A stretch of DNA of 64,000 nt from Microcoleus sp. (GCA_042408215.1 JAYFMW010000016.1:1-64000); one strand, 5' to 3'. Shown: positions 1-10,798, numbered from the stretch's first letter. The notes: generated by a model not told the origin, from the letters alone. Numbers and translations: made by a program.

Positions 1-3000
1 CTGCAAATTCCGATTGCACCGCTGATAAACTCGCGTAAGTACCGGAGAAAATCAGCAACTCTTTGCTAGTAATATCAGTTGTTGGACTGGTAACATTTAC
101 CAATTCAAAATTAGAGCTTTTGAAATTGCCAAATTCACTCGCAACAAACTCGAATTTATCAGTGCCAGACTTAAAGTCAGCAATTGTATCGCCGCCTTCT
201 TTTGTTGTCCTGTAAGCAAAGAGATTAGCACCGGAACCGCCACTCAGGACATCTAAGCCGAGGCCACCAGTAATGGTATCGTTGCCGTCACCGCCGTTGA
301 TGGTATCGTTAAAATTGCTGCCGATGATTTTGTCATCGCCTGCTAAACCATCGAAATTAATTCCCGCTGGTAAAGTGCCGAAATTCAAATTGTCAGGGCC
401 GGAAGTACCGACAGGAACAGTTAGCGTTGGGCCACTGAAGACAAAGTTACTGACTTTGAGGCTAATTTTCACCTTGAAACTAGCCACAATTTCAAAGCGA
501 GTCCCAAAGGAAAATACCAGCACAGAACGTTGAGTAGTTTCATCTGTAAACTGACAGAACACAGGCTTTTCACTACCACCGCCCAACTCTTTAAACCGCA
601 GTTTCAAAGAGTCGATGTTTTTAACCTTGGTATCACTGCTAAAGTCGAGTAAATTGTTGTCGCCGATGCTTCCAACAGCAGAATTATCAGTAATCGCAAG
701 TTGGGTGACAGCGCTGAGATTACCAAAAGCTCCGGCCGACAAATCTAAAACATCGTCATCGACATTGAAGTCATCAATTAAGTCAGCGTCTGCAACTGTT
801 TTAATCTCTTCACGGGAAGTGCGGTAAATAAATCGATCCTTCCCAGCACCGCCAGTCAGAGTATTTGTACCCTTACCGCCTTCTAGTTCGTCATCGCCAT
901 CATCGCCGGAAATCCGATCGTTTCCTTTCCCTCCTTTTACTTTGTCTTTGCCTTTACCGCCTTTAATGTCATCGCCGCCGTCGCCGCCTTTGATATCGTT
1001 ATCCAGGGACGAAGAACCGACAATAACTTGAGGAACTGTACTACCAACAAAGTCAAAGGTAGCGGGTACATTTCCCGTTGGGCCACTGAAGACAAAGTTA
1101 CTGACTTTGAGACTAATTTTTTCCTGAAAACTCGCCACAATTTCAAAGCGAGTCCCAAAGGAAAATACCAGCACAGAACGTTGAGTAGCTTCATCTGTAA
1201 AGTGACAGAACACAGGCTCTACACCACCGCCCAAAGCTTTAAACCGCAGTTTCAAAGATTCGATGCTGGTAACGGTGGTATCACCGCTGAAGTCGAGTAA
1301 ATTATTGCTGCCGATCGTGCCAGTAAAACTAGAATTAATCTCAATTTGGGTCAAGCTAGCAACACTGAACCCACCAAAAGCTTCGGCCGACAAATCTAAA
1401 ACATCGTCATCGACATTAAAGTCAGTAATTAAGTCAGCGTCTGCAACTGTTTTAATCTCTTGACGGGGGTTTTTGTAAACAAAGCTATCCTTCCCAGCAC
1501 CGCCAGTCAGAGTATTTGTACCTTCGCCACCTTCGATCGAGTCATCGCCATCATCGCCGGAAATCTGATCGTTTCCTTTCCCTCCTTTTACTTTGTCTTT
1601 GCCTTTACCGCCTTTAATGTCATCGCCGCCGTCGCCGCCTTTGATGTCGTTATCCAGGGACGAGGAACCGACAATAACTTGAGGAACTGTACTACCAACA
1701 AAGTCAAAGGTAGCGGGTACATTTCCCGTTGGGCCACTGAAGACAAAGTTACTGACTTTGAGACTAATTTTTTCCTGAAAACTCGCCACAATTTCAAAGC
1801 GAGTCCCAAAGGAAAATACCAGCACAGAACGTTTAGTAGCTTCATCTGTAAAGTGACAGAACACAGGCTCTACACCACCGCCCAAAGCTTTAAACCGCAG
1901 TTTCAAAGATTCGATGCTGGTAACGGTGGTATCACTGCTGAAGTCGAGTAAATTATTGCTGCCGATGCTTCCAACACCAGAAGTAGAAGTAATCGCAATT
2001 TGGGTGACAACGCTGAGCCCACCAAAAGCTGCGGCCGACAAATCTAAAACATCGTCATCGACATTAAAGTCAGTAATTAAGTCAGCGTCTGCAACTGTTT
2101 TAATCTCTTGACGGGGGTTTTTGTAAACAAAGCTATCCTTCCCAGCACCGCCAGTCAGAGTATTTGTACCTTCGCCACCTTCGATCGAGTCATCGCCTTC
2201 AGCGCCGGAAATCTGATCGTTTCCAACGCCACCTGTTGCTTTGTCATTACCTATGCCACCTTCGATCGAGTCATCGCCTTCAGCGCCTTCGATCGAGTCA
2301 TCGCCATCACCGCCGGAAATCCGATCGCTTCCAGCGCCACCTGTGATGGTATCTTTTTTATTACCGCCAGTAATGATGTCGCCGCCGGAGCCACCTTTGA
2401 GGTCGTTATCCAGGGACGGATCACCATTAATAGTTTGAGGATCCGTACTGGCAGTTTTGTCAATAGTGTTAGGAGCAGGCGTTGGAGTAGGAGCAGGCGT
2501 TGGAGTAGTAACAGGCGTTGGAGCAGTAGCTACCGGAAGGATGTTAGTTGTTCCCTGATTGTTGATGGCAGGAACATTACCCAAAAAGTTGCCAGCTTTC
2601 AGAATGCTTGCGTTGACATTCAACAATAGCGCCAGCACAAAGTTATTGCTGCCCCGAATTTCGGTATTGATGCCAACTTGAACAAACGACAAACTAAAAT
2701 TCAAGTCCCCAGACAGCAGAAACTTGTCATTCTCTGTGAAGTCACTGATGACTGAATTTGCCCCAGAGGTGCGATCGCTCATGACAAAAACGTCATCTCC
2801 AGCACCGCCGACACAGGTATGGTTGCCAGTACCGCCAACGATCGTATCGTTGCCTCCACTGCCCATCAGTGTATCGTCGCCAGATCCGCCGCCGACAACA
2901 CTGTCGTCACCGTCGCCGCCGTCTACCATGTCATTACCATCGCCAGCAACGACGGTATCCTTGCCGGCACCGCCGACAATGCTGTCGTCACCTGCGCCAC

Positions 3001-3898
3001 CAACAACGCTGTCGTCGCCGTCGCCACCGTCTGCTATGTCGTTGCCGGCACCCCCGATCAAGGAGTCATCGCCCGCGTCGCCAGCAACGCTGTCGTCGCC
3101 GTCGTCACCCATGCAAACGTCGTTGCCTATACCCCCAATCAAGGAGTCATCGCCAGTGCCACCAGCAACGCTGTCGTCGCCGTCGTCACCCATACAAACG
3201 TCTTTGCCGGCACCGCCTGTCACGGTATCGTTATCTTTGCCGCCGTTAACGTTGTCGTCGCCGTCGTCGCCACTAACGTTGTCGTTGCCCCGATCGCCCC
3301 TGACGATATCGTTACCTTCGCCACCCTTGGAGTTGTCGTTGCCTTTCCCGCCGTAGACGCTATCGCTGCCAATGCCGCCATCAACGTCATCGTCGCCGTC
3401 GTTACCGTGTACGAAGTCAGCGCCGTCATCGCCTTTGCAGGTATCTTTGCCGGCACCGCCAAACAGTCTGTCGTTGTCTTTACCGCCCTCAACCTTGTCG
3501 TCGCCGCTGCCGCCGTCGCAAATGTCGTTGCCGCCATCGCCTCTGATTTCGTCGTTGTCGTCGCCTCCTCCGCAATTGTCGTCATCTTTGCCCCCGTAGA
3601 TTTTATCTTTGCCGGGGCTGCCTGCGATGGTGTCTTTGCCTTTTTTGCCGAAGATCGACTTGTTACCGGTTGTGGCGACAATTAAGTCATCGCGATCGAT
3701 GCCTTCGATCGAGTCGCCGTTTTCTTTGATGCCACCTGCTGCGGGTACGCTGTTCAATTGACTCGCAACTTTGACATCACCGCCGGCAGGTTTTGAAGCC
3801 GTAGATGAGCTGGCGATCGCCATCCCAGCAATTTCTGTTTCATCTAGATCGGGAAAAAGACTTCCTAATACATTTTCCCACAACATTTCTTCTTTCAT
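1..3898 (-). CDS. Large RTX/hemolysin-type Ca-binding repeat protein (3' end outside window)
   Basis: ATG at 3898 (MKEEMLWENV...); same frame is open at the left edge; many GGxGxD nonapeptides, a Pro/Thr linker near 2470-2540 and C-terminal repeated modules. Absent from the ORF track because there is no stop in the window. Confidence 0.85.
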   Translation of the reverse strand, partial: MKEEMLWENVLGSLFPDLDETEIAGMAIASSSTASKPAGGDVKVASQLNSVPAAGGIKENGDSIEGIDRDDLIVATTGNKSIFGKKGKDTIAGSPGKDKIYGGKDDDNCGGGDDNDEIRGDGGNDICDGGSGDDKVEGGKDNDRLFGGAGKDTCKGDDGADFVHGNDGDDDVDGGIGSDSVYGGKGNDNSKGGEGNDIVRGDRGNDNVSGDDGDDNVNGGKDNDTVTGGAGKDVCMGDDGDDSVAGGTGDDSLIGGIGNDVCMGDDGDDSVAGDAGDDSLIGGAGNDIADGGDGDDSVVGGAGDDSIVGGAGKDTVVAGDGNDMVDGGDGDDSVVGGGSGDDTLMGSGGNDTIVGGTGNHTCVGGAGDDVFVMSDRTSGANSVISDFTENDKFLLSGDLNFSLSFVQVGINTEIRGSNNFVLALLLNVNASILKAGNFLGNVPAINNQGTTNILPVATAPTPVTTPTPAPTPTPAPNTIDKTASTDPQTINGDPSLDNDLKGGSGGDIITGGNKKDTITGGAGSDRISGGDGDDSIEGAEGDDSIEGGIGNDKATGGVGNDQISGAEGDDSIEGGEGTNTLTGGAGKDSFVYKNPRQEIKTVADADLITDFNVDDDVLDLSAAAFGGLSVVTQIAITSTSGVGSIGSNNLLDFSSDTTVTSIESLKLRFKALGGGVEPVFCHFTDEATKRSVLVFSFGTRFEIVASFQEKISLKVSNFVFSGPTGNVPATFDFVGSTVPQVIVGSSSLDNDIKGGDGGDDIKGGKGKDKVKGGKGNDQISGDDGDDSIEGGEGTNTLTGGAGKDSFVYKNPRQEIKTVADADLITDFNVDDDVLDLSAEAFGGFSVASLTQIEINSSFTGTIGSNNLLDFSGDTTVTSIESLKLRFKALGGGVEPVFCHFTDEATQRSVLVFSFGTRFEIVASFQEKISLKVSNFVFSGPTGNVPATFDFVGSTVPQVIVGSSSLDNDIKGGDGGDDIKGGKGKDKVKGGKGNDRISGDDGDDELEGGKGTNTLTGGAGKDRFIYRTSREEIKTVADADLIDDFNVDDDVLDLSAGAFGNLSAVTQLAITDNSAVGSIGDNNLLDFSSDTKVKNIDSLKLRFKELGGGSEKPVFCQFTDETTQRSVLVFSFGTRFEIVASFKVKISLKVSNFVFSGPTLTVPVGTSGPDNLNFGTLPAGINFDGLAGDDKIIGSNFNDTINGGDGNDTITGGLGLDVLSGGSGANLFAYRTTKEGGDTIADFKSGTDKFEFVASEFGNFKSSNFELVNVTSPTTDITSKELLIFSGTYASLSAVQSEFA
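430..2230. repeat. About three tandem ~650-bp intragenic repeats (~217 aa) in the RTX gene
   Basis: Shadow ORFs recur with 651-bp offsets (937/1588; 1263/1914) and near-identical DNA; the copy near 430-930 is more diverged. Confidence 0.9.
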
Positions 3899-5508
3899 TT
3901 TTGATAATTCCCAAAAACTACTGAGATTCTTGAAATGAATTTATCCGCAACTAGCAAGCATACATAAAAAAAAATTAAATTCATACTTCTGCCTGCTATA
4001 GATGCTTCTTACCCCCCTTTTTAGAGCACAAATTCCCTTGAAACTTTCAGGTTTTTCTTTCACTATTGCGAGTTTTTCATTCGGGATTTACACAAAAAAA
4101 TCAATTGAGACCCGATCTACAGGATCTGGTACGCATTCCACACCCCTAAGTTGAGAGCTTCTACGTAATTCCTACAGTAAAGTAGGTCTAAGCGTACCCT
4201 AAATTGAGCTCTTCTGCGTAATTTCTACAATTAAGTCGCTGTATTTCAACTCGCCACTCACAACTCCTCTAACTACCCAAAATGGTCAACCCTACAAGTT
4301 TACCATTGCCTTCGGTGAGATTTAGCAGACGCTGCATTCAAGTTGTGCAGCACTCCGAGCTCTTGTCAATCTCTCGGTCGGCAGGATTTTCTTTTTTTCC
4401 TAATTAACATGACTTCCAAGTCTTAATTGGAGTTCCCGGGTCTCAATTAAATTTTTAGATAAATCCCATATTTAAAGATTTTTTAACTATTGACATATGT
4501 GGCATTCAATGTTTAATAGCTTAAAACCAGGAGAGCTAGCTGCTGCTCCTGATGCAGTGAAATGCAACAACAGCAATGGTTTCAGCAATTAAGAACCTCC
4601 CGATCGCGCCTGGGTGGCCTTTATGTTGCTATATTTGCGGTTAAAGTTGGGATTTTGATTGGCATCGGGATGATAAAAACACTTATTGCTTGACAAATAT
4701 GAGCTATTTTATAGCTGTTTTGATCGGGCAAATTATTGACAAAATGAAGCCTCTTTTATCGCTAATAACCAATAATATATCGCCACAATTTATCACCAAT
4801 AACCCATCACAAATAACCCCGGAAAACTGACAAAAAAAAATTGTGGGCCCTCGGTACAGGCCGTGGAGCCATAAAAAAGCTCCCCATCCGATGGACCGAA
4901 AAACGGATTTATCCGTGGGGTCGCTTTCTTCAATTTTTTAATCTAAAATCTAAAATCTAAAATCTAAAATCGATTGACGGCTGACCAATTAATTAATTGA
5001 GACAGCATTGAGATTTCAATTGGGGGGTAGGTGGTAGAGGATAAGAGGTTAGGACTTCTCGACCTCGCCCACCCGGAAAGTTTTTCCTCAAAATTACCTC
5101 CGATATGGCCCTGAAACGCCTGTCCCTGAGCCGAAGTAATTTTAATAAGAACTGGAGATCCGCCTGGTAAAGTTCGTCAAAGTGAACTGTACTCAGCAAT
5201 AATCAACTCAAGTTCCCGGCGAATGTAAAGGGGTCTGTGGTAGAGGTGCAAAATGTCAAAAATAGCAATATTGGAGAAAAGTTGGCTTTCTTTTGGCCGA
5301 TCGGCAATCAAAACTAATAAACTATTATTAAACAACTTTTACACCCTCAAAGTGTTGAATCAAATATCAAGTAGCCCAGCGATCGCCCGATCGGGGGAAG
5401 CGCATTCAGAAACTTTTATTAACTTAGTAAAAATGAGTTTGCCCATCGCAGAAGCTGGTAGCAAAAACGCAGGCAAATTCAACATAGAGGCGGGGGGGCG
5501 CTAAACCG

Positions 5509-7218
5509 GTGAGCCAAGAATTTATACTGTCTGTTACCCCAGTTGGGGATGACGAATATCTAGTGCGGACAGAAAAGGTTGCACCCGGTGTACCCTTAGC
5601 AGAAGAACAAGTCCGCTGGCCGATCGACCAATGGCTTGCCCTGTCGAGTCAACTAATGAACGACCCCTTGCTGGGCGTGCTTCAGGCAAAAGCAGCACAG
5701 GGAAAGGGTTCTGCCAGCAGCGGGTCCTTGCTCGCTGCCAAAAACCCAGCGCCCAATTTAGTGGGTCTCGGTCAAGAACTATACAATGGGCTGTTTCAAG
5801 GCAACTTGCGCGATAGCTGGACTTGCGCTCAAGGCATAGCCCAGCACCGCAGGGAAGCGCTGCAACTGCGGCTGGGACTTAAAGGCAGGTGCTTGCCGCG
5901 GCTGCCGTGGGAAGTGCTGCACGCGGGCGATCGCCCCTTGGCCACCGGCACCGATGTTGTCTTTTCCCGCTATCAACCTGGTACTGGTTTATTCAAACCA
6001 ACCAGGCTACTCCCCAGTACCGGGCCTCTGAAAATTTTAATGGCGATCGCGTCTCCGAGCGATCGAGACAGCTTGCAGTTGATGCGAGAAGTCCGCCACT
6101 TACAACAAGAACTCCAAAACCGCATCGTCAACCCCCTTACTCACAGTCTGCACGCCCCGGAAATTCAACTGACTATTCTCGAACAGCCCGATCGAGAACA
6201 GCTTACCCAAGCCCTAGAACAAGGTAACTATCAAGTGCTGCACTACGCAGGCCACAGCAACTTGGGCCCCAGAGGCGGCGAACTCTACCTAGTCAGCAGC
6301 CGCACAGGCTTAACCGAAACCTTGAGCGGCGACGACTTAGCCGGCTTGCTCGTCAACAACGGCATTCAAATGGCCGTGTTCAACTCCTGCCGTGGCGCCT
6401 ACGGCGACTCCTCAGATCTCGCCCTGGACAGCCGGGAACGTAATTTAACAGAAGCTCTAGTCAAGCGGGGCATTCCGGCAGTGCTAGCAATGGCAGAACG
6501 CATCCCCGACGATGTAGCCCTGACTCTGACACGGCTGTTTTATCGCAACCTCAATCAAGGCTATCCGGTGGATCTCAGCCTGAGTCGAGCCAGGGCCGGA
6601 CTAATTTCTGCCTACGGTTCTCATCAGTTGTACTGGGCTTTGCCCATTCTCTACCAGCACCCCGAATTTGACGGCTATCTGACCGGCAAATCGGCCCAAA
6701 GCGCAGCGGGAGACTCTAGGGTGCAAAATTTCATGGCTACCGGATTGCAGCCGATTGCAGGGGCAGAAGGTCGGGCCCCGAAAGAGCTGGATGGGACTAC
6801 TAAAAATCAGGAATTATCAGTTTATGGCCCAGATCGGCCAGACATTCCTGACGGGAAAGGGGGCGATGATTCCCCGGCTCGGATTCAGGAGCATGATCCA
6901 CTGTCGGGTACCAATTCCCTCATTTCTACTTCTTCACCGAAGGTTGCTTCGGGAAGATCAACTCGCGCTGCTGTACCGCAGGCGAAACCGTTAAAAAAAT
7001 CGGGATTGAAAAAATGTCTGACTGTGACGCTTTGCTTGTTGTCGGTTGCTTTGGGCGCTGGCTTTTTGGGCTGGCGACACAGCCAACAAAAGAGCCCGAA
7101 ACCCGAAGAGTTACTGCCGACGGTACGGAGTCCCTTGTCGCAAAATTACAAACAAACAAAGCCGGTAAATCTCGATCGCACCCCTGACGGATCAGCTAAA
7201 GGCGATCGCTATGACTAA
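5509..7218 (+). CDS. hetF: HetF-like CHAT (caspase-like) domain protein with TM helix, apparently C-terminally shortened
   Basis: N-terminus SQEFILSVTPVGDDEYLVRTEKVAPGVPLAEE typical of HetF; CHAT dyad HYAGH and FNSC. Confidence 0.85.
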   Translation: MSQEFILSVTPVGDDEYLVRTEKVAPGVPLAEEQVRWPIDQWLALSSQLMNDPLLGVLQAKAAQGKGSASSGSLLAAKNPAPNLVGLGQELYNGLFQGNLRDSWTCAQGIAQHRREALQLRLGLKGRCLPRLPWEVLHAGDRPLATGTDVVFSRYQPGTGLFKPTRLLPSTGPLKILMAIASPSDRDSLQLMREVRHLQQELQNRIVNPLTHSLHAPEIQLTILEQPDREQLTQALEQGNYQVLHYAGHSNLGPRGGELYLVSSRTGLTETLSGDDLAGLLVNNGIQMAVFNSCRGAYGDSSDLALDSRERNLTEALVKRGIPAVLAMAERIPDDVALTLTRLFYRNLNQGYPVDLSLSRARAGLISAYGSHQLYWALPILYQHPEFDGYLTGKSAQSAAGDSRVQNFMATGLQPIAGAEGRAPKELDGTTKNQELSVYGPDRPDIPDGKGGDDSPARIQEHDPLSGTNSLISTSSPKVASGRSTRAAVPQAKPLKKSGLKKCLTVTLCLLSVALGAGFLGWRHSQQKSPKPEELLPTVRSPLSQNYKQTKPVNLDRTPDGSAKGDRYD

Positions 7219-7495
7219 CTTGAATTTTTGCTCCCTGATTTCACTGTTAAAATGTGCAATTCCCTGCCAATAAATCGACAGACCTCCAGGCCGAAATACA
7301 ACCCTGGTGGCCAGTCGAGTGGCTAGATGTCGATCGGGTGTCGATCGCTCCCCAACCCCAGTAGATCTCGCGCATCGACTGTTTGACGCTTGAAAATCCT
7401 TGAGGGTTGACTTGTGACGGTTGACGGTTAACTGTTCACGGTTGACTGTGGTCAGAAAACAGGGTTTAAAGCTGTAACGTGATTCTTGGACAAAG

Positions 7496-7666
7496 TTACC
7501 CATTGATGGAATTGTTGGGTAGCTCTCTAGCAAGTCTCTCGATCACGTCACTAAGACTGCTTGCGGTAAGCTGAACTCGTTTTTCCTCTAGCCACTTAGT
7601 AGCAGTCTCGGTCAGGCTGAGGTTGACTTTACGCTTAGGCTCGCTGTAAATCTTTTTTCTAGGCAT
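7496..7666 (-). CDS. Small ribbon-helix-helix (CopG-like) protein, divergent from tnpB
   Basis: 56 aa MPRKKIYSEPKRKVNLSLTETA...SLSDVIERLAR; alternating beta-strand pattern followed by two helices. Confidence 0.55.
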   Translation of the reverse strand: MPRKKIYSEPKRKVNLSLTETATKWLEEKRVQLTASSLSDVIERLARELPNNSING

Positions 7667-7727
7667 TTTGTTGTTCCGCATTAATTCCGCATACAATAAG
7701 AGTAAGGCAGAAATGAGGCAAAAGCAA

Positions 7728-8990
7728 ATGTTACTTAGTTTCAAGACGGAATTAAAACCTAACAACAAACAGGTAACTAGATTTCGGCAGCATTGCGGAG
7801 TAGCAAGACACGCTTACAACTGGGCGAATTCAATCATCCTTGAAACATTAAAAATCAGGGAGACGGATCAAAGCGTAAAGATCCCTTCTGCAATTGATCT
7901 ACACAAACGTTTAGTAGCGGAAGTCAAACCTCTGTATCCCTGGTATTACGAATCTTCCAAGGCAAGCCCACAGCAGAGTCTAGCTGAACTGAGGATAGCT
8001 TGGGATAGATGCTTCAAAAAGGTATCTAAACAACCTAGGTTCAAGAAAAAAGGTGTATCAGGTGACTCTTTTTATTTAGAGCAAGGAACCAAAGCAAAGC
8101 CAGGAATTAATAACGACGGCAAGCGCATCAAGTTACCTAAGATTGGTTGGGTTAGGCTGCACGAACCATTACCTATTACGGCGTTCCACAACTGCGTAAT
8201 CAGTCGAAAAGCTGACAGATGGTTTATTGCTTTTAAGTGCGAGATTGAGCAGCCCGCAACTCTACCTAGCCGTCCTACCGTTGGAGTTGATATCGGTATC
8301 AAAGAATTAGCTGTTTGTTCTAACGGCGAAGTCTTTGCCAACCCTAAAGCCTATGGTCGGATGAACCGTAAAATGAAACGTCTACAACGGCGTGTCAGCA
8401 AACGAGTCAAAGGTTCTAATAACCGCAAAAAAGCAGTCTCAAAACTAGCCAAGCTGCACCTAAAAGTATCAAATATCCGAAAAGATGCTATTCACAAGTT
8501 GACAACTTACCTCGCCAAAAACCACAGTGAGGTGAAGATTGAAGATTTGAATGTTAAGGCATTTTTGAAGAACCACAAGTTAGCTGGTGCGATCGCCGAT
8601 TGTGGAATGTATGAATTTCGCCGCCAGTTAGAATACAAAACTGAAAAGTTTTTGTCTAAATTGAGCTTGGTGGATAGATTCTTTCCTAGTAGTCAAATCT
8701 GCTCAAATTGTTGTAATCATCGGCACAGAATGCCCTTAAAACTTCGAGTTTTTGAATGCCCCAACTGTGGAAACATTCAAAATCGCGACCTAAACGCTGC
8801 GAAAAATATAGAACGTTGGTTTGAAGGAATATTTATTCCAGAACGTTCAGAATTGGCGGTGAGTTCCACCGTGTCAGCCTGGGGAGTAGACAAACCCGAT
8901 AGCAGTCATGCTGTCGCTACTGTGAAACAGGAAGTTAACACCACAAGCACTCATGTCCAGATAAGTCTAGATTTGGGTAGCTATGGGTAA
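7728..8990 (+). CDS. tnpB: RNA-guided endonuclease TnpB (IS607-type N-terminus)
   Basis: HTH N-terminus MLLSFKTELKPNN; RuvC GVDIG/IEDL/RDLNAA; Zn finger CSNC..CPNC. Confidence 0.92.
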   Translation: MLLSFKTELKPNNKQVTRFRQHCGVARHAYNWANSIILETLKIRETDQSVKIPSAIDLHKRLVAEVKPLYPWYYESSKASPQQSLAELRIAWDRCFKKVSKQPRFKKKGVSGDSFYLEQGTKAKPGINNDGKRIKLPKIGWVRLHEPLPITAFHNCVISRKADRWFIAFKCEIEQPATLPSRPTVGVDIGIKELAVCSNGEVFANPKAYGRMNRKMKRLQRRVSKRVKGSNNRKKAVSKLAKLHLKVSNIRKDAIHKLTTYLAKNHSEVKIEDLNVKAFLKNHKLAGAIADCGMYEFRRQLEYKTEKFLSKLSLVDRFFPSSQICSNCCNHRHRMPLKLRVFECPNCGNIQNRDLNAAKNIERWFEGIFIPERSELAVSSTVSAWGVDKPDSSHAVATVKQEVNTTSTHVQISLDLGSYG

Positions 8991-9211
8991 GTTTAATGGA
9001 ACGGAACAGTCAACAGTCAACAGCGAACAGCGCATCAATTTATTCAGCAAGCGATCGCCTCTTTGATAACACGTCGATCGCACCTAGCCAGTGCCGATGT
9101 TGAGTGCGGTTGGAACTAAAACCCTCTTCGATCGCATACCAACGGGCATCGTAAATTTTTACTCAACTTTTGCGGGTGATCCGTCCCCGTCGCCCTTTCT
9201 GTACAAGTTAT

Positions 9212-9670
9212 CAAAAAACTGGGTTGAAAACCCCGTCCTTTTAGGACGGCTTTAATTTCTTAAATCCCTTCCTAAAAATCAGGGAATTCCTGGTATTTGT
9301 GGTACACTAGGATACTCTAGGTTAAACTCCTTCGCCCAGAGTGAAACAGAGACTCAGACACACTTTTAGGCGTAAACCGGGGGACAAAGAGCGGCGAAAA
9401 CTCGCTATACAGCTAGAGGCTTAATACAGTCTCACAACCAGAAAAACAAACAATTTACTTTTGTTAGGTAGGGTAGGGCATACCCAAACTCGCTTGTCAA
9501 TATCCTAGTACGCTTTTGGAGATAGACCCTCTTTGGGTGACTGCGAATCAGACTCGTTAATTGGTAGGATTTCTACGGTTAAAAGGTTTGAGTATTGCCG
9601 TAAGGACGCAACACTTAAAGGTCAGTCGCTGAATTAAGAATCCCCATCCTTGATAGTTGGGGAGTGTCAA
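9212..9670 (+). mobile_element. Non-autonomous IS200/IS605 derivative (both ends, no ORF)
   Basis: Follows TTAT; left end with CCGTCC-TTTTA-GGACGG hairpin and right end AAGAATCCCC...GGGGAGTGTCAA both match the ends of the 18687-20037 element. Confidence 0.75.
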
Positions 9671-10300
9671 ATCTGGAACAGCTTAATAGAAGATTACTCC
9701 AACGGTAACAGAGCGAAGCCGAAGTGTCAGGCCATTCCAGACCCTCTCAAACTGGCTTTCCGAGTAGGTGGTGGCGACCAATGAGAACAAGTACCGCTGG
9801 CAAATTTGCTGGTAAAAGTTAACGGCCGGCAGCGAGATCCTTTCTACAGAATCGCTGCTGCGATCGCTCTAGGTATCAGTGCCCGATCGACCTAGCCCTC
9901 TTCGATCACATATTACCCTAACGGCAGACCGAATCGGCTGGGAGTGAATGGAGAAAAACGGTAACAGAGCGAAGCGCGGCGTCGCACGCGTGCGTAGTCG
10001 AAGTGTTCGACTACGCACGCGCCTACCATCGCATTTCGCGTAGTCGAAGTGTCGAAGTGCAAAAACGAAAGTATTTAATTCGCGAACATCCCGGACTCGA
10101 TCGACGATCGCGATGGTCCCATCAGGCGATCGCTGAAAATAGATCGCAGGTTGAGCATCCTTACTTTTACCCCAGGCCGATCGGCCGACCTAATTAATCC
10201 AAAATCTTATATTTAGAATTCTTAGTATTGACAGTGAAACAAAGTTCATCTAATGTGTTGTAATTGATATAAGTAAATTCCAATAAGCGAGGTACGGTCA

Positions 10301-10711
10301 ATGGCAGAAACAGCTACAGCACCCTTAACAGGAAAAGGTCTGCTTCAAAAAATCAAAGGCAGCGATTTGCCACGCAGAGAACTGGCAAAGCTTTGTGGCT
10401 ACTTCACAGTCAGCAAGAGTGGAGAAACGCGGATTAATCTGGCTGAGTTTTACGATGCAGTGCTAGCTGCTAAGGGAATTGAGCTAGAGAAGTCGAAAGC
10501 TGATGGACGCGGGCGAGAAGCGAGTTATCGAGCTAGCGTTCACAAGAATGGTTCGATCGTGATCGGGGCGAATTATACCCAAGAAATGGGATTAAAGCCA
10601 GGAGACGAGTTTGAAATTAAACTCGGATACAAGCACATTCGCTTGATTCAGATCGACGTGGACAGAGCTGATGTTGAATTAGATGATGAAGAGGAGGATA
10701 CAGAAGAATAA
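10301..10711 (+). CDS. Cyanobacterial AbrB-like transcriptional regulator (cyAbrB)
   Basis: PLTGKGLL...CGY...GRGREASYRASVHKNG...GLKPGDEFEIKLGYKHI signature. Confidence 0.9.
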   Translation: MAETATAPLTGKGLLQKIKGSDLPRRELAKLCGYFTVSKSGETRINLAEFYDAVLAAKGIELEKSKADGRGREASYRASVHKNGSIVIGANYTQEMGLKPGDEFEIKLGYKHIRLIQIDVDRADVELDDEEEDTEE

Positions 10712-10798
10712 CAGCAGCGATGCTGTCAGCCGATAACAAGGCGACGGGATTTCACATTCGCTACGTTAGTATTTGCGCGCAACCCTTCGATTTAACTG

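Noticed and set aside
430..2230. Diversity-generating retroelement TR/VR pair
   Set aside because: There is no reverse transcriptase in the window, and the repeats are in-frame tandem coding modules
273..3685. Numerous + strand and off-frame ORFs (Ser/Pro-, Val/Ala- and Arg-rich)
   Set aside because: Shadow frames of the repetitive minus-strand RTX gene
5200..5508. NsiR1 copy antisense to the hetF leader
   Set aside because: Only a 6-nt GGTGCA match was found; there is no recognisable repeat unit or terminator
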